A program made the translations under genes and the position numbers. The notes under the pieces were generated by a model. That model saw only the letters and a list, made by a program, of their open reading frames with translations, was not told the origin of the DNA and searched no databases. Shown here in pieces: positions 1 to 10,707 of a DNA stretch of 64,000 nt (position 1 is the stretch's first letter; each line of letters begins with the position of its first letter). This DNA is from an uncultured Alphaproteobacteria bacterium (GTDB lineage: Bacteria > Pseudomonadota > Alphaproteobacteria > Bin95). The stretch covers positions 119,406 through 183,405 of the forward strand of contig CAWEBB010000022.1 in assembly GCA_963807085.1 (NCBI GenBank), in the 5' to 3' direction.

Positions 1-798
1 GATTTGCCGTAGGCGCGAATGGTTGAAGGCGCCCATCACGATCAGGTCGGCGTCGAACTCCCAGGTCGCATCGAGCAACGCCTCGCCGGATGACTTGTGC
101 TCCGGTTTGATGAGAACCGGATCGGCCTTGATGCCATACCAGCCGAGCGAGGCGGCGTAGTCCCTGACGGTTTGAGGGTCAAAACTGTCATCATCTGCTG
201 CCATAACCTGCACCGCGTCTGCGGCCTCCAGGAACGGCATGGCGGCCTGGGCGGCGCGGCTTGCCTCGGTAGTATCGTTCCAGAAGACCGACACCCGCTT
301 GCCGAGCGATTTCAGCTCCTGGCGAGGCGAAAACAGGACGGGCCGGCCGGTATCATAGATGGCGGCTTCGGCCGCGGCGGAAAGATCGCCATCATTCAGC
401 GACGGCGCGCGCAACAGCACCAAATCCGAAAGCTTGCCCAGCCGCGCGATCTGTTCGCCGGATTGGCCGGTAATGTCGATCAACCGAGCGCTCGGCTGAT
501 CCGAGGCGCGGATCTTCGTCTGTTCGGGAATGCCGGTTGCGTCCAGCCATTTGCCGAAGACAGTGCGGCAGCGTTCGGCAATTGCGCTCTCTTCCTTTTC
601 CACCTGCGCCTGGACCGTTTCGATCAGGTCGGCGGAGAGGCCTTCGCCCACCATCGGCATGGCGGAGAGCCCGTCCCGGCGGACATGCAACAAGTCGATG
701 TGGCAACCGAAATCGTTGGCGAGATGTCGGGCGGCTTCGAGGTCGATGACGTCCTTGTCGGCGCCTTCGAGCATGGTCAAAACAGTGCGTAAGGTCAT
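1..798 (-). CDS. Universal stress protein (tandem Usp domains), 3' end runs off the window
   Basis: Not in the ORF track; manual translation from ATG at 798 gives MTLRTVLTMLEGADKD...HIDLLHVR...AAIYDTGRPVL...VFWNDTTEASRAAQAAMPFL...ADLIVMGAFNHSRLRQI, the typical alphaproteobacterial two-domain USP. Confidence 0.85.
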   Translation of the reverse strand, partial: MTLRTVLTMLEGADKDVIDLEAARHLANDFGCHIDLLHVRRDGLSAMPMVGEGLSADLIETVQAQVEKEESAIAERCRTVFGKWLDATGIPEQTKIRASDQPSARLIDITGQSGEQIARLGKLSDLVLLRAPSLNDGDLSAAAEAAIYDTGRPVLFSPRQELKSLGKRVSVFWNDTTEASRAAQAAMPFLEAADAVQVMAADDDSFDPQTVRDYAASLGWYGIKADPVLIKPEHKSSGEALLDATWEFDADLIVMGAFNHSRLRQI

Positions 799-869
799 TA
801 ATCCATCTCCTTCGCGTTGCCACAATTCCCCTATATATCTAAAGATGAGGGTCGGCAACCAAATTGAAA

Positions 870-883
870 TTGATTTAGGTCAA
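870..883. promoter_or_regulatory. FNR/FixK-type box upstream of the USP gene
   Basis: TTGAT-TTAG-GTCAA, one mismatch to TTGAT-N4-ATCAA, about 70 bp upstream of the USP start. Confidence 0.65.
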
Positions 884-1114
884 GCGAACGGTAATTAAGT
901 GCGCATGAAGAGGGGGATGCTGTTGGGTCGGCACAAGGGGTTTGGCCGCTCGAATTGACCCAAAGAAACCGGCAGCGGTCCACAAGTGTGCCATTTGGTG
1001 GATGCGACGGGACTAGAGCGACGCGCCGCAAATTGAGCCCCAGCCGGGCGGGCGCCGCGCGCCGTTGACCATTCCGGCGGATGGGTGTTCTTTTTCGTTT
1101 TGCGGGTGCCGCTT

Positions 1115-1645
1115 TCAGCGAGGCAGCGTTGCGAACAGGGGCAGATCAGACGCGGAGCGGGGTGCATTGCCTCGTTCCAGGGCCAGCAGCGCGGCCTTTG
1201 TTGCGACTCCCCTGCCGCCGGAAAAGCCGGTGAGTTTGCCGTTCTGACCCATAATCCGATGGCAGGGAATGATAACCGGTATGGGGTTGGCGCCACAGGC
1301 GCGGCCGACCGCACGCGGACTGGATGCGAGCGTATCCGCCACTTCGCCATAGGTGCGCGTTTCGCCATAGGAAACGCGTTGCATCTGTGCCCAGACCGCC
1401 TTCTCGTAAGACGAGCCCTCGGCAAAAAGCGGCAGGTCGAAGTTATGCAACTCGCCTCTGCCGTACGCCTGAAGCTGGCCGACAGCTTCCGCCAAAAGAG
1501 GCGTCGGCGGATCCGACGGGAGACCGGCGTCGGTGCAATCTGCCCAGATAACACCGACGATATGATCCGGCGTTGCGGCGACCAATAAAGCGCCGATCGC
1601 GGTTGGTATCCGAATGGCGAGATGGTAGGGAAAACGCTTGTGCAT
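1115..1645 (-). CDS. ogt: Methylated-DNA--protein-cysteine S-methyltransferase
   Basis: YGETRTYGEVA, RAVGRACGANP and active-site PCHR motif; start at 1645 is my choice within ORF 1115..1804. Confidence 0.9.
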   Translation of the reverse strand: MHKRFPYHLAIRIPTAIGALLVAATPDHIVGVIWADCTDAGLPSDPPTPLLAEAVGQLQAYGRGELHNFDLPLFAEGSSYEKAVWAQMQRVSYGETRTYGEVADTLASSPRAVGRACGANPIPVIIPCHRIMGQNGKLTGFSGGRGVATKAALLALERGNAPRSASDLPLFATLPR

Positions 1646-1942
1646 CCAGAGGCTCTCGGCTTTTGCCGGACGATTGATGCCGCCGGAAAGGGTGGCGGAT
1701 TGACCATCGGAATAGTATCCCGAATGCGCGGCGGTTGCGAGAGCGTTCGTGCGGCGCAGACGGAAGCAAACCAGCTTGATGCTGATGGGTATTACTTGCG
1801 GCATCGGTCGAACGGAACCATCACAGGGTTGGACGTGACGGTCCGTACACGGAAACAGTTGCGGTCGTAGGCTTTTCCGCCAGCCGGCCCTATGCTGTGC
1901 TTATAGGCCCTTTAGGCCTGCCGCGGCGACAGGAAGGATAAG

Positions 1943-3326
1943 GTGTCGGACAGGCGCTTTGAGAATTTGTCGGAGCCGGTCCCGGATACGATCGTCGCGT
2001 TGGCGAGCGGTGCGCTGCCGGCCGGAGTGGCCGTGGTCCGGCTTTCCGGACCGGCGTCGGGAGCTATCGTGCGAGCGATGACGGGGCGGTCCCTGCCGGC
2101 GGCGCGAACGATGGTGCTTCGGTCCTTGCGCGATCCGAACACAGGGGAACTGCTGGACCGTGGGCTGGTGGTCTGGCTGCCCAAACCCGGATCGTTCACC
2201 GGTGAAGATATTGCGGAACTGCATCTGCATGGCGGCCCTGCGGTGGTGAGCGCCGTTCTTGATTTTGTGACGGGCGGCGAAGCCAACTCATCCAGCCATT
2301 GTCGGCTGGCGGAAGCGGGGGAGTTCACTCGGCGGGCGTTTGACAACGGGCGCCTCGATCTGGTCTCGGTCGAGGCGCTCTCGGACCTGGTGCGGGCCGA
2401 AACGGCGGCGCAGCGGCGACAAGCGTTGAGCGGAGCGGGCGGTGCGGCGCAAATTCTCTTCGCCGGCTGGCGGGCGGCGCTGCAGCGCGCGTTGGCGCTA
2501 TTGGAAGCGGGCATCGACTTCGCCGACGAGGAGTTGCCGCCGGAAATAGAGGGGAAAGCCGCCGCTGCCGTCAGCGGCGTTCTGACGGAAGTCGAAGCGG
2601 AGTTGGCGAAAGGCGCCGCCGGCATGCGTCTGCGCGATGGCCTGCTGATCGCCATTGTCGGGCCGCCCAATGTTGGCAAATCAAGCCTGCTGAACGCCAT
2701 CGCCGGGCGGGATGCCGCTATTGTCTCCAGCATTCCCGGTACCACCCGCGATATTGTGGAAATCTCGCTGGATCTGGGCGGGTTCCCGGTTACGCTGGCG
2801 GACACGGCGGGGCTGCGTGAAGCCGTCGAACTCTATCGAGGCGGAAGGGGTGAGGCGGGCGAGAGGGCTGGCCGAACGGGCGGATCTCGCCGTGCTGGTC
2901 CTGGATGGCCGGGACTGGCCGGAAATTCCACCCGACATGCGCAACCTTGCGAGCGATGCGGCACTGACCGTCTGGAGCAAAGCCGACCTGCTGACGGAGA
3001 CGGAAAGGCAGGCTCTGTTACCGGAGGGCGGGCCAGCGGTCTCGTCGGTCACCGGGTTCGGGCTCGACGGCCTGCGGCGGACATTGCTAGAACTCGCGCG
3101 CGAGCGGCTTGGTGGCGGCGAAACGGCGGTCGTTACGCGGCAACGGCACAAGGAAGCGCTGCAAACGGTGCACTCGTTGTTGGCGGAATGGTCGCCCGCG
3201 CTGGAGCCGGAAGTGCAGGCTCACCTCATCCATCAGGCCAACCGTGGCATGTCCAGGGTGTTGGGCCGCAGCGATATCGAGGATGTGCTGGATCTGATTT
3301 TTGCGGAGTTTTGTATTGGCAAGTGA
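1943..3326 (+). CDS. mnmE: tRNA modification GTPase MnmE, frameshifted near 2830
   Basis: [47 protein letters not shown] in ORF 1943; IEAEGVRRA...IFAEFCIGK in ORF 2712..3326; removing one A in gtcgaactct restores AVDSIEAEG. Confidence 0.93.
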
Positions 3327-3331
3327 GAGAA

Positions 3332-3347
3332 TGTTTCACGTGAAACA
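3332..3347. promoter_or_regulatory. parS centromere site
   Basis: Perfect palindrome TGTTTCACGTGAAACA between mnmE and mnmG, upstream of parAB. Confidence 0.93.
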
Positions 3348-3370
3348 TCGCCGGATCGGGAGGCGCCGCC

Positions 3371-5233
3371 ATGAACCGCTATGACGTGATCGTGGTCGGC
3401 GGTGGCCATGCCGGCTGTGAGGCCGCCGCCGCTGCGGCGCGGACGGGCGCGGCCACCGCCTTGATCACCCACAGGATCGACACGATTGGCGAAATGTCCT
3501 GCAACCCGGCCATCGGCGGCGTGGGTAAGGGGCATTTGGTTCGCGAGATCGATGCCCTGGATGGCTTGATGGCGCGAATGATCGACCAGGCCGGTATCCA
3601 ATTTCGCATGCTCAACCGTAGCAAGGGCCCCGCCGTGTGGGGGCCGCGAGCCCAGGCGGACCGAGCCCTATACAAGCAGGGGATGCAGCGAGAGCTGGCC
3701 GATACGCCAAACCTCACTCTGGTCGCGGATCCGGTAGAAGACCTGTTGCTCGATCGGAGCGTGGTCGCTGGGGTCCGTGGCGCCAGTGGCGAGGAGTACC
3801 GAGCCCCCGCGGTCGTGATTACCACCGGCACCTTCCTTCGCGGCATCATTCATATGGGCGAGGAGCAGACGCCCGCGGGCCGAGCGGGTGAGCAGCCCGC
3901 CGTGCCCCTCGCCCAACGGATTGAGGCAGCCGGATTCCGGATGGGCAGACTCAAGACGGGCACGCCGCCCCGGCTCCGGCGCGACAGTATCAATGCCGCC
4001 GCTTGCCAGGAGCAGCCGGGCGACGATCCGCCAGAGCCTATGTCCTGGCTGACCGGCCGGATCACGGTGCCGCAGATCTCTTGCCTGATCACCTTCACCC
4101 GGCCGGAGACCCACGACATTGTCCGGGCCAACGTGCATCGTACGGCCATGTATGCCGGACGCCTGTCCGGAACCGGTCCGCGCTATTGCCCGTCCGTCGA
4201 GGACAAGGTGATGCGTTTTCCGGACAAGCCGAACCACCAGATCTTTCTCGAGCCGGAAGGTCTGGAGAGCGATCTGGTCTACCCGAACGGTATTTCGACC
4301 TCGTTGCCGGCGGATATTCAGGAGCGGTTCCTGCACACCATTCCCGGCCTTGAGAACGTCGAAATCGCCCGTCATGGCTATGCCATCGAGTATGACTATG
4401 TCGATCCGCGCGAGTTGCTGCCGTCATTGGAAACCAAGCGGATACCGGGCCTGTTTCTGGCAGGGCAGATCAATGGCACGACCGGCTACGAAGAGGCGGG
4501 CGCGCAGGGGCTGGTCGCGGGATTGAACGCCGCCCGCAAGGCCGCAGGATCGGAGTCCGTTGTGTTCGACCGGGCGGAGGCTTATCTCGGCGTGATGATC
4601 GACGATCTGGTCACGCGCGGCGTCGACGAACCCTACCGCATGTTCACGTCCCGGGCCGAATATCGCCTGGCGCTTCGGGCGGACAATGCCGATCAACGCC
4701 TGACCGCCAAAGGCATCGCAGTCGGCCTGGTGGGAGACGAGCGGCGGCGCGCCTTCGAGGGCAAGCGCCAGGCGTTGCAAGCCGGCGCTGCCGTGCTCCA
4801 GGCAGCGACGGCCAAGCCCGTTGATCTGCGCGACGCCGGGTTGGTCGGGCATCGCGATGGACGCATTCGTTCGGCATGGGAATGTCTCGGCCAGCCGAAA
4901 GCAGATGTCGCGGGTCTCACGAAAATCTGGCCGGAGCTCCGGCAGATAGACCCGTCCATCGCTGCTCAGTTGGCTATCGACGCCCGCTACCAGGGGTATC
5001 TCGCTCGCGAACAGGCTGATGTGGAAGCCTATCGCCGCGACGAGGCGCTGGCCTTGCCGTACGACCTGAAATACGCGGAAATCGCGGGACTTTCCACCGA
5101 AGAGCGGCAGAAATTGCTGAACACCCGTCCAACGACATTGGGCGGCGCCGGCCGGATTCCGGGGATGACACCGGCCGGAGTGGTGGCGTTGCTGCGGCAT
5201 GTGCGGCGGCGCGGCCGGCGCTCCGCCGCGTGA
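3371..5233 (+). CDS. mnmG: tRNA uridine-5-carboxymethylaminomethyl synthesis enzyme MnmG (GidA)
   Basis: [53 protein letters not shown]. Confidence 0.98.
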   Translation: MNRYDVIVVGGGHAGCEAAAAAARTGAATALITHRIDTIGEMSCNPAIGGVGKGHLVREIDALDGLMARMIDQAGIQFRMLNRSKGPAVWGPRAQADRALYKQGMQRELADTPNLTLVADPVEDLLLDRSVVAGVRGASGEEYRAPAVVITTGTFLRGIIHMGEEQTPAGRAGEQPAVPLAQRIEAAGFRMGRLKTGTPPRLRRDSINAAACQEQPGDDPPEPMSWLTGRITVPQISCLITFTRPETHDIVRANVHRTAMYAGRLSGTGPRYCPSVEDKVMRFPDKPNHQIFLEPEGLESDLVYPNGISTSLPADIQERFLHTIPGLENVEIARHGYAIEYDYVDPRELLPSLETKRIPGLFLAGQINGTTGYEEAGAQGLVAGLNAARKAAGSESVVFDRAEAYLGVMIDDLVTRGVDEPYRMFTSRAEYRLALRADNADQRLTAKGIAVGLVGDERRRAFEGKRQALQAGAAVLQAATAKPVDLRDAGLVGHRDGRIRSAWECLGQPKADVAGLTKIWPELRQIDPSIAAQLAIDARYQGYLAREQADVEAYRRDEALALPYDLKYAEIAGLSTEERQKLLNTRPTTLGGAGRIPGMTPAGVVALLRHVRRRGRRSAA

Positions 5234-5862
5234 GCTCGCCTGGTTCTGCGCGAGGGCAATTGGCAGCCGTCGCGCCCGTGTCGGACGATCAATGGCGCCG
5301 CTTGCAATTATACGCAACACACCTGCAGCATTGGCAGGAGACGCTGAACCTAGTTGCGCCGAGCACCATGGATACGCTTTGGCAGCGGCATATTCTGAAC
5401 TCATGGCAGCTGGCGCCACTGGTGCTGCGGCAACCGCCGGGAGCGGTGGTGGACCTGGGCTCCGGCGCCGGGCTGCCTGGCCTCATTCTGGCGATTGCCG
5501 GCGCCGGAGACGTTCATCTGGTCGAAGCAAATCACCGCAAGGCGGCGTTCCTCCAATTCGCCGCCGCACAAACAAGCGTTTCTTGCAGGGTTCATCCGCT
5601 CCGGTTCGAGGCGCTCGATCCCGGCTCGATCGGCGAGGTTGCCGTGGTCACGGCCCGCGCGGTCGCTGCGCTCCCTGCCTTGCTGGCGCTGGCTTTGCCG
5701 CTTTGCCATGCCGGGACAGTGTTGTTTTTTCCCAAGGGCCGGCGCTGGCAGGACGAGGTCCAAGCGGCTGAAAAGTCATTCTGCTTTTCGCTGACGAGCC
5801 ATGAAAGCGTGACAGACCCCGAAGCCGTGATATTAGAAGTGCGGTGTCTGACGAGGCGGTAA
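5230..5862 (+). CDS. rsmG: 16S rRNA m7G527 methyltransferase RsmG (GidB)
   Basis: NLVAPST...[27 protein letters not shown]; position after mnmG. Confidence 0.95.
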   Translation: MSSPGSARGQLAAVAPVSDDQWRRLQLYATHLQHWQETLNLVAPSTMDTLWQRHILNSWQLAPLVLRQPPGAVVDLGSGAGLPGLILAIAGAGDVHLVEANHRKAAFLQFAAAQTSVSCRVHPLRFEALDPGSIGEVAVVTARAVAALPALLALALPLCHAGTVLFFPKGRRWQDEVQAAEKSFCFSLTSHESVTDPEAVILEVRCLTRR

Positions 5863-5867
5863 CAATA

Positions 5868-6674
5868 ATGGCAAGCAAGCGGGCCGCGCGCGTGATCGCC
5901 GTGGCGAACCAGAAGGGCGGGGTCGGCAAAACCTCCACGGCGGTCAATCTCGCCGCTGCATTGGCGGAAAGAGGCCATCAGATTCTGCTGTTGGACCTCG
6001 ACCCGCAGGGCAATGCCTCGACGGCATTAGGCTCGGACAGCGCCGCGCGCCGCCGGAGCATGTATCAGGTTCTCTCGGGCGACTGCCGCCTTGCCGATGC
6101 GGTTGTCGCCACGCCCGTGCCGCGATTGATTCTGGTGCCTGCGACCCAGGACCTGGCGGCGGCGGAAGTGGAGTTCTCCTCACTGTCGGCGCGTGAGTAC
6201 CAACTGAAATCCGTTTTGGACCAAGCTGATATCTCTGAAATCAATGCGGCGATCGATATGGTGGTAATTGATTGCCCTCCGGCCTTGGGACTGTTGACCA
6301 TCAATGCGTTGGCGGCAGCGGACAGCCTGCTGGTTCCGCTGCAGGCGGAGTTTTTGGCGCTGGAAGGCCTCAGCTACCTGCTCCGGACCATCGAGCAGGT
6401 GACGCGGCGCCTGAACCCCGATCTGGTGATCGACGGCGTCCTGCTTACCATGGTCGATCGGCGCAACAATTTGAGTGCCGCGGTCGGCGACGATGTGCGC
6501 CGATATCTGAGTGATCTTGTATTTACGACGGAAATTCCCCGGAACATCCGCATCTCCGAAGCGCCGTCATACGGTCTGCCGGTGTTGTTGTATGACCGGA
6601 AGTGCGCCGGTTCGGCAGCCTATGTCGCCCTGGCGCAAGAATTCGAACAGCGTCTGTCGCGTTTGGCTGGTTGA
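5868..6674 (+). CDS. parA: Chromosome partitioning ATPase ParA/Soj
   Basis: ANQKGGVGKT deviant Walker A, DLDPQGNAS, IDCPPALG, IPRNIRISEAPSYG. Confidence 0.96.
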   Translation: MASKRAARVIAVANQKGGVGKTSTAVNLAAALAERGHQILLLDLDPQGNASTALGSDSAARRRSMYQVLSGDCRLADAVVATPVPRLILVPATQDLAAAEVEFSSLSAREYQLKSVLDQADISEINAAIDMVVIDCPPALGLLTINALAAADSLLVPLQAEFLALEGLSYLLRTIEQVTRRLNPDLVIDGVLLTMVDRRNNLSAAVGDDVRRYLSDLVFTTEIPRNIRISEAPSYGLPVLLYDRKCAGSAAYVALAQEFEQRLSRLAG

Positions 6675-6685
6675 GGACCCATGGC

Positions 6686-7567
6686 ATGACCGAAGCATCT
6701 TCCGGAAAAGCGAACAGGACCAAACCGTTGGGCCGGGGCCTGGCCGCGTTGTTGGGGGATATGCCGGGCAATAGCGCAACCCAGGAACAGGTGCAGCCGC
6801 TGGCGATCGGGGTATTGGTCCCTTCTCCGCTGCAGCCGCGCCGCTATTTCGCGTCGGAAGCGCTGGAGGATCTGGTCGCGAGCATCAGAACCCAAGGCAT
6901 CATCCAGCCGCTGGTGGTGCGGCCGTCCGCGGAGAAGCCGGACGTTTACGAGATCATCGCGGGCGAACGCCGCTTTCGAGCTGCGCAGCAGGCCGAATTG
7001 ACCGAAGTGCCTGCCGTTGTCCGGACCATTTCGGACCGGGACGCCCTGGCCATCGCGCTGGTGGAAAACCTGCAACGGGAAGACCTGTCGCCGATTGAGG
7101 AGGCGGAGGCCTACCGGCGCCTGATCGAGGAATACACGCTCACCCAGGAATCCGTCGCCGAGGTCATCGGTAAGAGCCGGGCCCAGGTGACGAACACGCT
7201 CCGGCTGCTGCGGTTGCCGCCGCCTGTCCGGGAAATGTTGGGATCGGGGCAGTTGTCGGCGGGCCATGGCCGCGCCCTGGTCGGCGCGGTCGACCCGGAA
7301 GAGTTGGCCCATAGAATCGTGCGCCTGGGCCTGACCGTGCGCCAGGCCGAGCAGATGGCGAAACTGCCGCCGCCGGGCCCTCGCTCGAAGCCGGTGAAAG
7401 ATCCCAATGTGCGGGCGCTCGAGCGGCAATTGGCGGAAGCGCTCGGCCTGCGGGCCACGCTGAACCCGCGTGGCGACGGTTCACAGGCCGGATCGCTGAC
7501 GCTGCACTATCTCACGCTGGATCAATTGGACGGCGTCATTGCCCTCCTGCGCGGGCGGATGAACTGA
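6686..7567 (+). CDS. parB: Chromosome partitioning protein ParB/Spo0J
   Basis: LGRGLAALLG, QPRRYF, GIIQPLVVR, IIAGERRFRAA, ENLQREDLSPIEEA and HTH. Confidence 0.96.
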   Translation: MTEASSGKANRTKPLGRGLAALLGDMPGNSATQEQVQPLAIGVLVPSPLQPRRYFASEALEDLVASIRTQGIIQPLVVRPSAEKPDVYEIIAGERRFRAAQQAELTEVPAVVRTISDRDALAIALVENLQREDLSPIEEAEAYRRLIEEYTLTQESVAEVIGKSRAQVTNTLRLLRLPPPVREMLGSGQLSAGHGRALVGAVDPEELAHRIVRLGLTVRQAEQMAKLPPPGPRSKPVKDPNVRALERQLAEALGLRATLNPRGDGSQAGSLTLHYLTLDQLDGVIALLRGRMN

Positions 7568-7580
7568 CCGGCCCTGCCGC

Positions 7581-7805
7581 TCAAGCCTTCGTCAATCGCC
7601 TAACCGTGCCGCCGCCAACCTTCGGACAGATTTCCCGGCCCTGGATCATGGCGGGATCGGCCCCTGCCGCGCGCTCACTGGTGCCGACGACGCGCGAGCC
7701 TATTCTGTTGGTGCAGAAGATCACAATGGCGTCGGGCCGGGACCCCGCCACTTCCCGGCAAAGCCGTTCCGTTTCCGCTTCCGGCACGACCGCGAAGGCG
7801 AAACT
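7581..7805 (-). pseudogene. C-terminal remnant of a maleate cis-trans isomerase / Asp-Glu racemase family gene
   Basis: FAFAVVPEAETERLCREVAGSRPDAIVIFCTN resembles the family's second catalytic-Cys segment; no N-terminal half, abuts the IS remnant. Confidence 0.5.
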
Positions 7806-7834
7806 CGACCTGATGTGCAGGCGCCGGTTGGCGG

Positions 7835-8695
7835 TGTCTCGTAGGTTGCGTAGTTGTCCATCACCAAGTGGAGTTCGAGGTCGGCCGGGATGTTCGCCTC
7901 GATCGCGTGCTGGAGCTTGGGGAACTCCTTGGCGGGGTAGCGCGTGAAGCAGCGTCCGATGATATCGCCGGTCGCAATATCGAGGGCCGCAAACAGCGTG
8001 GTGGTGCCATGGCGCGTGTCGCCGTGGCTGCGCCGCTCCGGCTGGCCGGGGTAGGCGCTCTGATTCTTAGATTTAGAGCAGATCCATTCGATCCAAGTTG
8101 ATCGGGATCCGCTTGTCTTATTATTTCTGCGGCTGGTTAGGCGAACCTGGATCGTTGGAAGCGAGTGACAGCTCCGTTCCAGCGGCGAGGGTTGGATCGT
8201 GGATCTGCTGGAGGTTTGGCGTTCGGTGCTGAGAGTATGGTCGCCCTGGTCTTTTCCATTGCTCTGAACGGATACCAGAGCGCTAAGGCCCGGCTGCCAA
8301 GCAGCGGCGCGGAAAATGACAGAGATTGCCAGCGGGCTCGATATATCGAAAGACACGCTTGACGCCCATCCTTTGGGACGCGAAAGCTAGGCAACCGGCC
8401 GTGATTGTCCGGGGCGCGTTGTCTTTGAGCCGACAGGTCCTCATCGCCGATCCGGCGCGGCGCCCCCGGCCGCTGCTCGTCGTAAAGTCCTCCCGCCCGC
8501 CGCTCGGTAAAGCCTCGACACCACTTGCCGGGCGTGTTCGCATCAGCACCTACCCTCTCGACAATGGCCTTGTTCTCCACGCCATCGGCCGCCGCCGGTA
8601 CGATACGCGCTCGCCACGCCGACCCCTGCTCCGTCTGGCGACGCCGCGCCAGCCCCTCAAGCTCGTGCCATTCCATCGCCGACAGCTAATCGCTA
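7835..8695 (-). mobile_element. Degenerate IS630-family transposase remnant
   Basis: N-terminal HTH (ELEGLARRR...RARIV...GKW...GLYDEQRPGAPRRIGDE) and DDE fragment (PGQPERRSH...RHGTTTLFAALDIATGDIIG...LHLVMDNYAT) in different frames; middle decayed, C-terminus missing. Confidence 0.85.
8045..8114 (+). repeat. Partial copy of the CTAG-bounded palindromic repeat
   Basis: GCCGGGGTAGGCGCTCTGATTCTTAGATTTAGAGCAGATCCATTCGATCCAAGTTGATCGGGATCCGCTT aligns by eye to 56967-57036. Confidence 0.7.
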
Positions 8696-8767
8696 CTGCA
8701 GGCTTGCCCTTTGATCATACCCTCCAAAGCAGAGAAACATAATCTAACGAACATCCCGATCAGGCCA

Positions 8768-10162
8768 CTAGCTGACCCACTCCGCCGTGTGCGTACCGGG
8801 CGGCACGCTCTTGGTCGCCCAATAGGCGGGAGTAGACGAAAGCTCCGCCGCCGGTTTGACGCCGCGCATGTGGCCGAAAAGGGTTTGGCCGTAATCTTCA
8901 ATCCGATCCGCCATGTCGTCCAGGGTCGGATCGGGTGCCGCCATCGCGTCCTGCTTGCCAAGCGATTGCAGCCAGCGTCCCGTCCGCGCCAGCGACACCC
9001 GCACCAGCCACGAGCCGCCCTCGCGGCTTTGGCGCAGGCGGGCCATCATCGCGCCCAGCGCCATCAGATAGCCGCTCGCATGGTCCAGCGCCTGGCAGGG
9101 CAGATGCTTCATTCCGTCCTTGCCGGCCGCCATGCCGCCCGCGTGGCCAATGCCGGAGCACGTCTGCACGATGCTGTCGAAGCCGCGGCGGTGCGCCCAC
9201 GGCCCCTCGTGACTGAAGGCGGAGAGCGAGACATAGACGATCCCCGGGCATAGCGCCGCCAGATCCTCCGGCGCGAAGCCTTTGGCCGCCAGCGTGCCGG
9301 GCCGGTAACCTTGGGCAAAGATGTCGGCTTGCAGCGCCAACGCTTTCAGCCGCTCGCGGCCCGCATCGTGGCGCAGATCGACAAAGGCCGAGCGCTTGCC
9401 TCGGTTTGCGTCGACGATCAGCGGCATGGAGTGGGCAAGATGCCCGCTGGTGATCTGCAACACCTCCGCGCCGTGTTCAGCGAGGGTGCGGCCACAGACC
9501 GGCCCGGCGATGACCTTGGTCAGGTCCAAGACGCGGAGGCCCTGCAATGGGCGTGCTGCCGCGGGAGGCAACGGCCGGGGGTCCGCCTCGCCGATTTTCT
9601 CCATGATCAGCACCGGCTGGGCATCAAGCGCGGCACTTTGCGGATGGGCGTTCCATTCGTCCTCGGTCCGCATGCGGCCGATGGGCAGCATGGCGGCGGC
9701 GAACATGTCTTCCACCTCCGCCGCTTTCATGCCTTGCAGCGCCCGCGCCACGCCCTCGCGCGAGTAGGCGCAGTGCAGCAGTTCCGCCGCGCCCATCCGG
9801 TGAGCGGGATAGTTGGCGTGAACCTGCACCCAACCGCCGTCGCCGCATTCGTAGAAGCTGTGGATTGGGTCGAAGCTGTCGCGAACCATGGCGCCGTCGA
9901 CCCGCAGATAGCTTTCGGAGCGGAACGCGGCAGCGGCATTGCGCATGGGCACGCTGACCGTTTGCGCCGGACCGCCCCGGGCGCGATGGATTTCGGCGGC
10001 GGCCAATCCGGCCGCGGCGATGCTGGATTGGGCCTGCACGCCGACACGGTAAATGCTCGGCAGGGCAGGTTCGTCGCCGGGCAGGTCGGCATTGTCCAGG
10101 GCCGATGCCTCGCCGCCCGCCAGCGACCAGAGATGGGCCAGTTGTTCCGCGGATGCGCTCAT
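8768..10162 (-). CDS. Family III CoA-transferase (CaiB/BaiF-like)
   Basis: PLQGLRVLDLTKVIAGP, NRGKRSAFVDL, ADIFAQGYRPG, RRGFDSIVQ, QALDHASG. Confidence 0.9.
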   Translation of the reverse strand: MSASAEQLAHLWSLAGGEASALDNADLPGDEPALPSIYRVGVQAQSSIAAAGLAAAEIHRARGGPAQTVSVPMRNAAAAFRSESYLRVDGAMVRDSFDPIHSFYECGDGGWVQVHANYPAHRMGAAELLHCAYSREGVARALQGMKAAEVEDMFAAAMLPIGRMRTEDEWNAHPQSAALDAQPVLIMEKIGEADPRPLPPAAARPLQGLRVLDLTKVIAGPVCGRTLAEHGAEVLQITSGHLAHSMPLIVDANRGKRSAFVDLRHDAGRERLKALALQADIFAQGYRPGTLAAKGFAPEDLAALCPGIVYVSLSAFSHEGPWAHRRGFDSIVQTCSGIGHAGGMAAGKDGMKHLPCQALDHASGYLMALGAMMARLRQSREGGSWLVRVSLARTGRWLQSLGKQDAMAAPDPTLDDMADRIEDYGQTLFGHMRGVKPAAELSSTPAYWATKSVPPGTHTAEWVS

Positions 10163-10614
10163 TGACCAAATAACTCCCGCGCGCGCCGTTGCAGTTCCTC
10201 GGCGCTCAGGTCTTCCTTGTGCGTGGCGAAGGACCAGCGATGGCCGAAGGGGCAGGTGACCATACCGGACCGGTCGCCGTAAAACTGATCCTGCGGCACC
10301 CGGTCGAGGGTCGCGCCGGCCTTGCAGGCCCGGTCGATTACGCCGTCCACATCGTCCACATAGAGATGCAGGAAGACCGGCGTGCCGCCGATATCCTTTG
10401 GGCTATAGGCGCCATGTTCCGGCGAGGCTTCCGACAGCATCAGTTTGGCGCCGAAAACGGTAAGCTCTGCATGGCCCACCACGCCGCCGGCGTCGATGCG
10501 CATGTCCTCGACCGCACCGAAGGCTTGCCTGTAGAACTCGATCGCTTCGGCCGCATTGTTCACGGCGATATAGGGAGTGATGCCCTCGAAACCGGCGGGG
10601 ATCTTGGCGGCCAT
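10159..10614 (-). CDS. VOC/PhnB-like glyoxalase family protein
   Basis: ITPYIAV...AIEFYRQAFGA, HAEL, DQFYGDRSG...PFGHRW; overlaps the start of the CoA-transferase. Confidence 0.88.
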   Translation of the reverse strand: MAAKIPAGFEGITPYIAVNNAAEAIEFYRQAFGAVEDMRIDAGGVVGHAELTVFGAKLMLSEASPEHGAYSPKDIGGTPVFLHLYVDDVDGVIDRACKAGATLDRVPQDQFYGDRSGMVTCPFGHRWSFATHKEDLSAEELQRRARELFGQ

Positions 10615-10707
10615 GGCGGAACCTTTGTCATTGGATAGAGGCAGCCAGTATAGGCGCTGTGGCAGGGGGCCGCTATCCTGGATCGTTCAAGCAGCAGGAA
10701 GCGTCCC

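Noticed and set aside
2815-2845. Programmed frameshifting in mnmE, nuoF, rnj or coaX
   Set aside because: No shared slippery motif, no precedent I know of for these genes, and the same indel pattern occurs throughout the window
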